NCBI GenBank assembly: GCA_964247055.1
Contig: OZ176055.1
Coordinates: forward strand, 3,782,001 to 3,846,000
Source: Paragordius varius
Taxonomy: Eukaryota; Animalia; Nematomorpha
Direction of reading: 5' to 3'
DNA length: 64,000 nt
The translations under genes were made by a program, and so were the position numbers. The first letter of the stretch is position 1, and each line of letters opens with the position of its first letter. The notes below the pieces were generated by a model. That model worked only from the letters and a program-made list of their open reading frames with translations, searched no databases and was not told the origin of the DNA. This document shows positions 1 through 10,980 of this stretch, one piece after another.

Positions 1-373
1 GCTACTGAGCGCGTTTTTTCCACAGTAAATCAGGTTTGGACATCGGAAATATCAAATTTAAATGTTGAAATTTTAAAGGCCGTTTTATCTGTAAAATATA
101 ATTTGACAAATTCTTGTGAAGACTTCTACAATATTTAAAAAAATGATGACAATCTGCTAAAACGCATTCACTCAAACAAAATTATACCAAAGAATACAAT
201 ATTTTCTTATATTTATAAAGTTTTTATGTTAAAAAATAAACAAATTACATAAAATATTGTATAAGTCTTCATAATTTGTCAAATCATATTTGAACACAAA
301 ATGGCTTTTATTCAACATTTAAATTCCGTGTCCTTACTTAATTTACTGTGGAAAAACGCGTTCAATAGCAGTG
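1..373. mobile_element. CACTG-ended (CACTA/EnSpm-type) MITE, left terminus clipped by window edge
   Basis: Positions 1-~135 (gctactgagcgcgttttttccacagtaaat...) are an imperfect inverted repeat of ~255-373 (...atttactgtggaaaaacgcgttcaatagcagtg). The right end is CAGTG, the reverse complement of CACTG. The TSD cannot be checked because the left end lies outside the window. Confidence 0.65.
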
Positions 374-739
374 GTTCAGGTAAAGATAATGCAAATTCTA
401 CAATTAAAATATTATTGTATGGAACATAATTTGTTTAAAAATGATTATTTTAACCATTTCTATCCTACGTATTTTTTTCTGTTGTCCATAATATAAGTTT
501 TCATTCAATATATTAATTTAATAATGAGACTTCATCAAAAAGTGTCATTGTGCACCGTTTTGTCTTCCAAATAATCGTTTCTGTTTGTATAAAACATTTT
601 TATATTCTGGTTATTCATTGAGCCTTGTTTTGGATGCTTTCTAATATTGCGATTAGGTAATGGTATAAAATTATTTTCTAACCTTTTTTGACTTGGAATT
701 TTGACCTTTGTCCTGTGATAAAAAATAGGATTCCAGGAG

Positions 740-960
740 ATTACATTTTTAAAATATTTCATTGGCTGGCAAAAGAGCTAACCAACAGTTCTACAATATC
801 CAAGCATTTTAACATCTATATTTTCCACATCCAGGGGTAACAAATCAGTAGCTGTTTGAATAGCGTTGTGTATCTGCCAATAATGTTTTGATTAAGATAA
901 TTCGCTAAATTGTTAAAAATATTTTTTGTGCCGCTTCTTGCATCACCCAGCGCACTTTGT
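740..960 (-). pseudogene. Decayed hAT-like DNA transposase fragment
   Basis: Frameshifted minus-strand pieces read GDARSGTKNIFNNLANYLNQNIIG / HNAIQTATDLLPLDVENIDVK / GYCRT-WLALLPA, matching the recalled hAT-type transposase blocks (GTNNVF..L..IG, HNAxQTAxDxLPxDxE, TRWLALLPA). Multiple stops and frameshifts. Confidence 0.65.
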
Positions 961-3141
961 GATGATTTCGTCTTTATTATTTTTTTCTAGATTATTACAA
1001 TCACTTCACACTTTGTTCATGCACATGTAAATTTACTGAATAAGGTACAAACAACCTGTAAGGTACAGATTTTTTTATATTTATAATGTATTTGTGATAA
1101 AAATAAATAAATATTACAATAAATTTTTTGTATAAAAATTTTTGGTTGGACCCCCCAATGACCCTCCCCCTTCTCAGATTTGTCCTGCTTTTTCCTTCAA
1201 AAAATCTGGTCACCTTATTCATGACCATCAATAAATTTAAAATAAAACTAATAAACATTTATATTGAACTGCTGAATAACCTTGATGGTTTTTTAACATA
1301 AACGTGTTTATATTGTATATTTAGGCTTCGGGAGAAATTTAAAAAATATATTAGACTTTATCATTTACAATTTAAATTATACTTAAAGAGGCAGAACAAG
1401 TAATTTAATGTTAATTTTAGTATCTAAATAACAAACATAATATATTAAAGTATTTAAAATTACCCAGATAGGAATAAATTGTTTTGAGCAACTAACTAGT
1501 TCGCCAATATAATAAAAGTATAGAAAAATATAAATAATAACACATTTTCTTACAAAACCTACATAGTGTCAACTCTGTAATGAAAAAAATATATCTCCAT
1601 TTACACACAGTTAGTAAGAAGTAAAAGATATAATATTGGATAAAAAATCAAATTAATATTCATTTCAAAAACTATATTTAACTCACCAATATATATAATA
1701 ATATTAATATCATTGGGAAATAGATAAGTTAGTCACTGAATTTTGAATTCAATTATATGTGGCGAAATCATGAGGCAGGCATGGTGTTGAACTGTTGTGG
1801 AGTAGGACATGATTTATAAATGTTTAGATTTTCTTTAGCATAAAAATAAAAAAAGTAACATGATAACACTCATTATCATTGAAATTAATAGATTTATTGT
1901 GATTTATTACCAGTTAAACCGTAATAAATAGCTTGATCCTACCCATATCAATTTGTTTCCATAAATTGACTTAAAAAATAATTTTTAAAATAAGCATTTG
2001 ATTTTAATTTATAGGAATTTTCCATATGGGGAAATATATGGGATTTCTACCCCACTTTAAATCATATTATAATATTTTAAGTTATTTCTTTGCAAAAGTT
2101 ATTTAGGTTCTTCGAAAATCAAACTAATGCAAACAGCTGATTTTAACCGTATAAAATTATAAATTAAATAAAAAATTTAAATTTTATTATTTTATCATAA
2201 TATAATATATATTGCAATTTTTTTAAGGACACAAAAACCCTAAAAAGGGGTGGTTGGTTGTGGATTTTTTACATTTTTCCATTCAATTTTTTGGATATAT
2301 GCTTTTAAAATGCCTATGAAATTTTTTTTAAATTATCGCTATATCATAGATCTTTTGGTCACTCTGGGGTTTTTTTCACCAAAAGATTATGTAAACGTAT
2401 ATAATGACAGTAGTCGATAAATAAATTAGGTGAATACTGGGCATTGGATCAATCCATCATTCAGAATTTTTCGAATTTTAAAATTATTAAATGATTTTAA
2501 AATCGTTAATAGAATTTTTTAATTAAATATAATGCTATTTAAAACAATTCATATTAAACTAAAAAGGACAATATGTTAATTTTAAATAGTACAAAATCAA
2601 GTGAATTTTATGATTTACATTTTTTAGAAGATCATCCAATATCCATAAAAATACAAAAAACTACAGCTAAATAAAAAATTCCAAACCATAAAAATTTTTG
2701 TTAATTAAAGTAACGATGTTAAATTTATGATCAATTATAGATTTAGTTGCGATAAAATGGTGAGAATAAGTAGATTACTAAATTTCAAAATTAAATGCTA
2801 TAATAATCATAAAATTATTTAATTATAATTTAATCTATCAAACTTAAAAAAGCTTAATAACCATATTAGTGGCATAAGGATTAATATTTTCACATGTAAA
2901 GGTTCATGTGCTATGCTACAAAAAAGAAAACTTATCAAATTGTTAGAACTAAACTTTATTTTTTTTAAATAAAAATAATAATTTAATACTGAGTCCGTTT
3001 CTTATAACATATATTTATCGTGGCATTAAAATTCAACTTGCATTGGCATTTTTTGACAAAAAAGTACACAGCAATCTTGGTATAAATTTAATTAAATTAA
3101 GATCAATTAAGGTGTCTGGACTAGTTGTGTATACTTTAGAG

Positions 3142-3382
3142 CAGGGTGTTCAACACAAATGGCTTAGCGGGCCGCATTTTTGGATCTAAAAATCAGATGG
3201 GCCGTATTTGATAAATATATGGCATTGTCTTATATACATTACCCTGTAAAAACAACTTATTTTATTAATCTATTGCCGGTTCAGTGCCAAAATAAATTAA
3301 TTTAACTAAATTATGTATTTTGCATTTAAAATTTCTCGCGGTTTGCAGAAATATTCAGTGGGACACGTGTTAGCTACCCCCG
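3142..3382. mobile_element. hAT-family MITE (CAGGG-type TIR)
   Basis: Starts cagggtgttcaacac and ends gtgttagctacccccg. 8-bp TSD CTTTAGAG (3134-3141) / CTTTAAAG (3383-3390). Internal gcgggccgc motif typical of these elements; a related fragment lies at ~12975-13010. Confidence 0.75.
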
Positions 3383-3401
3383 CTTTAAAGCCATATATAT
3401 A

Positions 3402-5422
3402 CTAGCTGGCCCTATCACGCTTGGCTGTGACGCAGTCTCACCGATAATTATTCTCAATAATTTGCAATAAAAAGAATGTAGATAAAAAATTAATAAAAAA
3501 ACATATTTAACAAAAAGAATGTCTTTAACAATTCTTTTACAGGTTTTTGCATAGGCTTAAATATTGTTTACTCGAAACTGACCATATTAAAATTGTCCCT
3601 TAATTTAAGTTCATTGGATTTATTTTAAGATTTTTGTTTTACGAAATCATGGTTAAAAGTTTTATTTTGAAATTGTGTTCACACAGCTGGGATCAAGGGG
3701 TATAAAAAGTAATTCATTTGTGGTTCCTTTTTTAAGGAAAGAATTATATTATACAAATTCCCCAAAAATGTGTTTAATTGAACTCATATGGCTTCTAGTT
3801 TTTTAAAATCAACTCTAAAACCACGCCATTTTGTATGGCGTCTCAGTTTTACACCGGTATACTTTCTACCCATAGACCTATATGGAAAAAGCGCTGAGTT
3901 AAATTCTTTGCCTTTATAGGGCAAATATTTGATACCATCGGCTCATGGGTTATTCGAAAAAAAACCTCAACACTAAATAATCGTTATATGATGGCGTATT
4001 TTTAGGGGCATAAATTTTATCTAGTTACGGGTAATATTTGAAGCTTTTAATGAACTCTTATGGCTTCATAAATTTTCTGTAAATTAGCTCCAAACGCAAT
4101 TTTCTAGTGGCGCAGTTTTTCGGGTAGCCCCTTACCCAGGGGCTAATATAAAAAGCGTTGAGCAAAATTTTGCCTTTATATGGGGGAATATCTGGAATTA
4201 TTATGGATTCCATATGTTCCTAATAGACACATAGGTTTTATGAAATTTGACTTCAAAGGCATGCTGTATCGATATGGTGTTGCAGTTTTATGCGGGTAGC
4301 CCCCTAACCAGAGGCAACACAAAAAAACGCTCGATTAAAATTTTTGCCTTGATTCGGGTAAAACCTGGAATCCTGACTAGTTCCATGTGCTCTCGTGGGA
4401 TTTTCGAAAAATTGCCTCAAAACAAAAAGTCATTCTATGGTGGTACATTTTTCATGGGAAGGGCCTAATTAAGGGGTAATTTAATAAAACCGCTCTACTT
4501 AAATTTTTGCCTCTTTACGGGTAATATTTCAAGCCCTTATTGAAATCATATGGCCTGATTCTAAAATTTTCCTCCAAAGTCTTGCTGTATCGATATGGTG
4601 GCGCAGTTGTTGGCGGGTATCCCCCTATCCAGAGGCCAATATAAAAAAGAGGCTTGATAAAATTTTCCTTTAAAGGGGAATACCTAGAATCATCATTTAT
4701 ATAATGTTCTTAATTTGGAATGGCTTCAAAACTAAATAATAGTTCAATTATACATCAGGGCTTAAAGGGCCTAATTAACGGATAATTTTAAAAGACCGTA
4801 CGATCTTTTTGCCCTGTTAAGGGCAATAAGCAGTTATTGGACTCATATGGCCTGATAGGTTTTCTGAAATTTAGCCCCAAAGGCACGCTATTTCGATATG
4901 ACGTTTTTAGCGGATATCTCCTTACCCAGCAGCTATCATCAAAAAACGCTTGACTAAAGTTTTTGCCTTTTAACAGGAAATACCTGGAATCCTTATTGAA
5001 TTTTTACGGTCTCATACTTTGGGCCAAAAATAGATTCAAACAAATATTTTTGTCGTCTTTTCTTTAAAAAAAGTGGCATTTTAGGGAGGGGACGGGTAAA
5101 AAGGGGGTTTAAATTAAAAAAGCGAGCCGACGACTATGTTCGGCGCAATCGAAAATAGTAAAAAAAAATCATATTTGAAATCTAATAGTCCAACACGTTT
5201 TCGGGAAAATTGTCTTAAAGACACGATTTTTGTGGACTTTCAAAAAAACCGTTTTTACACGGGGTGGGCCCGAACTGGGGACCTAATTCAAAAAAGGGCC
5301 AAGCTATTGTCGGGGCATTCATAAATGATTATATTTTTTCGACATTTGGATTTGAATGGGTCTACCGGTTTTCCGGAAACAGATCACAAAGCCACCACTT
5401 TCCATTTTTATAAATATATAGA
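3402..5422 (-). mobile_element. Non-autonomous Helitron, copy A (~2.0 kb)
   Basis: On the minus strand it begins TC (5422-5421) and ends CTAG (3405-3402), inserted in an A|T site. Subterminal hairpin (gtcac-agccaagc-gtgat) lies ~10 nt from CTAG. Colinear with copies at 38116, 39957 and 62716; no Rep/helicase ORF. Confidence 0.85.
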
Positions 5423-5440
5423 TCTATATATATATATATA

Positions 5441-5832
5441 CCATTTACAGTTCAAATTCACCCTTAAACAATTCAAATTCACCCTTAAACAATTCAAATT
5501 CACCCTTGAACAATTCAAATTCACCCTCGAACAATTCAAATTCACCCTCAAATAAATAACATGTTTTTTAAGATTAAAAATTACCTATATTTTAATATAT
5601 TTTTAAAAAATAAAATTTTGTTTTTAATTAAAATAATACTGAAAAAAATAATTATTTATGCCATAAAGATATATTTTATATTAATAATGAGTTATATTAG
5701 TTCGAAAAAACATAATTTATTTTTAGGGTGAATTTGAATTGTTCGAGGGTGAATTTGAATTGTTCAAGGGTGAATTTGAATTGTTCGAGGGTGAATTTGA
5801 ATTGTTCAAGGGTGAATTTGAACTGTAAATGG
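5441..5832. mobile_element. Foldback-type MITE whose TIRs are 5 x 21-bp tandem units
   Basis: Termini CCATTTACAGTTCAAATTCACCC / GGGTGAATTTGAACTGTAAATGG. The core TTCAAATTCACCC recurs at 5451, 5472, 5493, 5514 and 5535, and inverted at 5726, 5747, 5768, 5789 and 5810. Flanked by (TA)n on both sides. Confidence 0.85.
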
Positions 5833-5859
5833 TATATATATATATATATATGATAACGC

Positions 5860-7135
5860 GATGTTTTTTATTGCATAACGTTTGGCACTGCAGATATCTG
5901 TGGAATATTGTTTCCATTTCTTTATTATATTTTCTTTTTCAGTTATTTCTATCCCATTGGAATCAAGTATTGGACCTTTAATATTTTTCTATTTGCAATA
6001 GTTTGTTTGACTCAGGTGAAAAGGTTTATACCTTTTTTATTTCTATCTCCAATCTCATGGGTTTATACCAATTTTTTGTTGGTTAGCAAACTCTTTATTT
6101 AATTTATTATAAACATCCTTTTGATTGATTTTTTTGGCTATTCGCCTTTTTCGGCAATATCGAGTTCAGCGAATGAAAGATAAGTCATCTTTTTCTTTGG
6201 TTACCTAATAAAATGTTTTTGCGAAATAGTGTAATTTTTTTACGTAATTCCAGCAGTCATTGGTATTCAATTTGTTTATAGGTTCTAGTGATGAAAAGCT
6301 GTAAGTTGGTTCCATTTTAATGAGTTTAATTTCGGAATAATAGTTATTATTGATGTATATTTTGTTATTAATTTTTAGTTCAATGTTGGCATACAGGAGG
6401 CTATGATCAGAGCCGCAATTAACACCTGGGAATGTTCTGACATTTGTGAACGAGTTTTACCTTTATGTTGACCAATAATAATATAATCAATTTGGTTTCT
6501 TGTCTTTTGATCTGGGCTAATTCAGGTATATAGCTTTGCCTTAGGTTTAGAAAAGTAGGAGTTTGACATAAATCAATTGTTGTTGAAACAAAATTTATTA
6601 AACCGGCGTTAAGCTCGCCCAGTCTTTTACCACTGGAGACCCTTGGTATTGAGGAGATCTAATTTTCGCATTGAAAACATCCAAAGTAATCAGAATAACT
6701 GTTTTTTGACTTCGGATGCTGATTGTAGATCGGTGTAAAATAATATAGTGGCTTCGTCTGATGCACTTGTAGGGGCGTAAGCATATATGATAGTGATATC
6801 GAATGATTTTTTAAGGATCCGGATTGATGTGAACGGTCGGAGTGCGGTTCATATAAATCCGCGTTATTGGAAATTTCTTCCGAATTAGGAAACCTACGCC
6901 ATTTTTCTTGGCTTTTACGACCTGAATGGTAAAGAACAAAGTCATTGTATTCATAAGTACCGTGATCTTTCCAATGGGTCTCGCTAAGTCCTAGTGTTGA
7001 AACATCTCTTATCATGGAATTTGTCAAAAGGTTGAGCTTTTTATCATTTAAACCAGGGACATTTAGTCTAGCTATATTGTTATAATTAGTTGCTACAATT
7101 GTATTGTTTTTTGGTTTAATGGAAAAATAATGCAA
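5860..7135 (-). pseudogene. RTE-clade LINE remnant (APE endonuclease region)
   Basis: LGLSETHW...LYHSG in the 6659-7135 ORF; downstream broken frames give LYT*ISPDQKTRNQIDYI and VRTFPGVNCGSDH, the RTE endonuclease signatures. Stops and frameshifts throughout. Confidence 0.85.
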
Positions 7136-8029
7136 TTAATCAGTGAGATGTAATAAGAAGTGTCGAGACAAGATTTATAATCATATACCGGAACCCAGTC
7201 CAGGTTCCGCCTCCAAAATTTTAAAATATAATATGTAGTCTAAAATATTATTTAAATTTGATTGTATTATAATATTTTTCTGGTTGTTTATAAAAATGAA
7301 ATGGCCATAAAAATTAAAAATTAATTGTATAAATAATATTTTTTGAATGCTGGTATCCGATTGAAAAAATGCAATACCATGTTCCTAAATGGTATCGGAT
7401 GTTAGGGTTTATGAAATATTAATTTGGTTAAAACTAAAAAAGTCTGTTGCGCTTCTGGCTGCAAAGGCAGCCGAGTGCCTGAATTCGGAAAAGATTTGCT
7501 TAGCCTTGATTAATAAAGAACGCGTTTATTCAGATTCCAAGTGCCTAACACTTTACCATTATTATACCCGAGAAAATATATAATAGGCTTTTGCGAAATG
7601 AAAGATTTTATTAACAAATAATCTCATATTATATATAACATTTGCATTAAATTTTTTATTTACGTACATCCAACTACAAATGAAATATTTTCTTTATTAT
7701 ATATTTACATTGTCCGAAATCGGTATTTAATCTTAACAATATAAAATGTCAAAAGTATCTGAATTTATTTTGTTTGTTTGTACTTTTTATTATTTACTAG
7801 TTTGAATTGGAAAAGAATCGATGTAGCGGCGATTTCTATCGGCTGAGTAATGGATGATAAATCTTGTGCGATTGAATTATAGTCAGGTTTATCACTTTTA
7901 TTCCGAAATAAAATGGATTGAATTTTTTCATATTGTTACCATGTTGTTTTTTGATATTCATTTTTTGAAATTCTAACTGTGAAGCAGTCGATAGACCGGT
8001 TTCTATCGACTGAGAAGTTGATGAATCGT

Positions 8030-8500
8030 ACCTGATGAATGTCGATGTTGAATCTCGTGAACTTCAAGTTACAGAAGAGCGGTGCACTTGCCATCCTCTC
8101 TTTCAATATAAAACATTCTGCATCCCCCAAGTTTTGCCCATTCATTTGCACTATTAACCATTGTTTCACCCATTAAGGGTACTATTCTATTATTGTAGCC
8201 TTTTACAGGTTGTATGGGTCTAATGTTTTGGATACCAACTTGCTTCCATATCTCAAAGTTGATTATACTGATATCGGTTCTGTGTCATAGATATCTCGTT
8301 CTGTATTATCATTATTTTTACTGTTTGGCATTACATTTCTATGGATCTGGAGGGTTGAACATACTCTTGGCAGCATGCTCTATAAATTTTAGTGAAGTGG
8401 TTGGGTTTATCGCATTTGGATTTGCCGTTCCAAACAGAACATATGTTTGGCATGGATACTTCCACAGAGGTTGTATGTGTCAGAATTTTTGTTACTGGCT
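8030..8500 (-). pseudogene. Gypsy LTR-retrotransposon gag-protease remnant
   Basis: Degenerate double zinc knuckle (LCGSIHAKH.. / CSVWNGKSKCDKPNHFTKIYRA) followed by protease-like YDT(G)ADISIINFEIWKQVG...VKGYNNRIVPLMGE. Frameshifted. Confidence 0.6.
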
Positions 8501-8622
8501 GTCGTGAAGGCATGGCCTTATTATTATTGTTGAGTGGTAGTCGATTTAAATTATTACAATGGTTATAATTGGTATTAGTATTATTGTTATTAAGAGCGAC
8601 TCTAGCAGCCTTGTGTGTGTTG

Positions 8623-9702
8623 TCACACCTGGCATTTAATAATTTTTTTCAGCACTGTAGTGAGTTTATATCTGAGTTGATGCATAAAGACGAAACAGAT
8701 GATAAAATTGGAGCCGTATAATATCACGAGCATCATTATATAACTATAAATTTCGGTTACAGACAATTCCTTTCCAACAATTTCCCTAACATTGATGGTT
8801 GAAATGGTAATAATTACGAGCAGGTATATCAGGAATGATGCAACCCCATACCAAAGTATATCATATTCTTTTTGTTGTCGTGTCCTATGCAATGCCAACG
8901 GTGGAATTGTTGTTTTAAACAAACCATTTTCCGTTTTGACAGCATAAGGCTGAGATGCCATTGTAGTTTTAGTATTGGGGTTAGGTGAATCCGGTACCAT
9001 TAAAGACGGGGGTGCGCTTTTGGGATGTGTCAAATCTCGGATTTGGTCAACTTGGTGGATTCGTTTACGTGATCGTTTGATATATATCCACGTTCGAACA
9101 TAAAAATATATGGTGACAAACGCCATCACATACAACAAAACTAAATCAATAATGCTTTCAGCCAAGGTTTGATTGAAGGTTATGGCACATATGCGATTTT
9201 TGGATATTATGTTGCGAAATTTGAAATAACCTTTGGGTGCGGCAGCTAATAACCATAGAATTACCATATAACCTGAGCTCTTATGCGTCAATAATCGTAA
9301 TAACTGACGGTGTCGAGGTATTCTTTGTGAGGTTCCGATAGTTGGGCGACACATATATCGTTGCAAGTTCCATCCTAAAACGACCATATGAAACGAATGG
9401 CACAAAAAAGCCCAATCAATGAGATACAGTAGGGTTTTACACTGTAAACAGGTTATTTTGAGGCGATTTGCAAACGTGTTGAATCGTATAATTACGATAG
9501 TTAAGCCAAAAACATCACAAACCGCCAAACTAGTTAATATGATGTTGCAGACGATGGATTTTACCCTTTTAGATGAAACGATTAGGATGTAAATTAGGAC
9601 ACAGTTGCCAATAATTCCAATGACTGAAAAAATATTTGCCATCACAAATATATTGGATGAGAGCTCAATCTCTAGCGCAACATTTAACCTTGCGTTAGAC
9701 AT
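8623..9702 (-). CDS. Intronless class A (rhodopsin-like) 7TM GPCR, 359 aa, orphan
   Basis: First true ATG is at 9702 (the ORF-track start at 9711 is TTG). Seven hydrophobic segments: TM1 GIIGN, TM2 LAVCD, Cys before TM3, QRY, TM4 W..AAAP, TM5 Y, long basic ICL3 and a basic helix 8. Confidence 0.88.
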   Translation of the reverse strand: MSNARLNVALEIELSSNIFVMANIFSVIGIIGNCVLIYILIVSSKRVKSIVCNIILTSLAVCDVFGLTIVIIRFNTFANRLKITCLQCKTLLYLIDWAFLCHSFHMVVLGWNLQRYMCRPTIGTSQRIPRHRQLLRLLTHKSSGYMVILWLLAAAPKGYFKFRNIISKNRICAITFNQTLAESIIDLVLLYVMAFVTIYFYVRTWIYIKRSRKRIHQVDQIRDLTHPKSAPPSLMVPDSPNPNTKTTMASQPYAVKTENGLFKTTIPPLALHRTRQQKEYDILWYGVASFLIYLLVIITISTINVREIVGKELSVTEIYSYIMMLVILYGSNFIICFVFMHQLRYKLTTVLKKIIKCQV

Positions 9703-10108
9703 AAATACCAATTTTTTGTGACTTAACTTCCACAGTTACACTTGAATGTTTATTTCTTTAAGAAACCAAAATATGCATAATATGCTTTAAATATTGTATA
9801 TTTTATTCTACTGACTCCCCATCCCACACACTGCTGCCATTGCCAATAGAATTAAAAAGCGTTATTTTTTTACTCAATATTTTAATCAAAATAAATTAAC
9901 GCAGGTAAGATGAGATGAAACCCAACAAAAGTATGTGAGATTAACTAAGAGAGGCAATTTAAGGATTAATAATGATTAATTTGCTATTGATAACATTGAT
10001 TACGTAGGTAATAAATAATTTATATAGTTTAATTCACATATATCATAACATTTTAAATATTTATCAGTTTTTAAAGTATTTACTTAATTTATGGATGTAT
10101 CAAAAACA

Positions 10109-10111
<3 letters not shown>

Positions 10112-10143
<32 letters not shown>
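10112..10143. repeat. (TA)n microsatellite; others at ~5425, 5833, 21020, 22277, 31816, 37572, 48212 and 57103
   Basis: Read directly from the sequence. Confidence 0.95.
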
Positions 10144-10148
<5 letters not shown>

Positions 10149-10980
10149 CATAATCATTCTACCATAATGTATGAGACTTCATAATTATTTAAAAAACATC
10201 TTCATGATAAATTGCAAAGTTGCTAACATAAGTCATCTCTTACTACAATAAAATTTTATTTAGAATAACTTGTTTTAAATATGATACACCAAATATTCAA
10301 TAAAATTAAATAATTTATTATATTAATACATTTTTTTGACAAATTAAATTCTTAATCAACAACGTCCGTTAAAGTTTGACTAAAATTTTGAATCTCCTGA
10401 AATTTTTTTATATTAACGAGAAAATTTTGTATATGACCTTAGTCGCGTTTAGCTAATTAACTCAATCATGAAATCTTTTAATTTGTTTTAGCTTTAGTTT
10501 GCTTTTACCGTTATTACCTAGTCGAATCCCAGACCAAATTAGTCTCATAAAATTTAATCATTTTATAAGAAAAAAACCTTCTTAATTGTTGAAAATAAAT
10601 TATAACTTATTATTATTAAAAATTTTTGTTAAAGTATATAATATTTAAATCCTTTTACTATCATAACTCAAACGGTGGCCTGTATTACGAAAAATTAAAT
10701 TAATCTTCATCCGTTAAATTTTATTTGTAATTTAAAAAAATACCTCCGCCGATCTTATGAAAAAGATTATGATGCGTTTTCTTAATGTTATATAAAAAAA
10801 CATTTATAATTCTTAATAAGCAATAATGTATATTAAATACTAAGTATATAATTTATTACCAAAATGATATATATATTACTAATTAAAACATGATGGCATA
10901 TAAAATAAATTATCGAATCAATAAATAATGAAGTTGTAAGATCAGTATGTGTATTTGCCTAGCAAAAGCCCAGTAAATTT

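Noticed and set aside
1680-1980. Possible minus-strand exons with GTGAGT/GTAATA donors
   Set aside because: All frames and phase combinations tried hit stops; no recognisable homology.
4247-5324. Short ORFs here and at 38738-41580 and 63126-63863
   Set aside because: They lie inside Helitron copies, frames differ between copies, and there are no Rep/helicase motifs.
5325-5917. ORFs with (LKQFKFT)n and (SPLNNSN)n repeats; CRISPR-like appearance
   Set aside because: They are translations of the 21-bp TIR units. The units are contiguous with no unique spacers and the context is eukaryotic, so this is not a CRISPR array and not protein.
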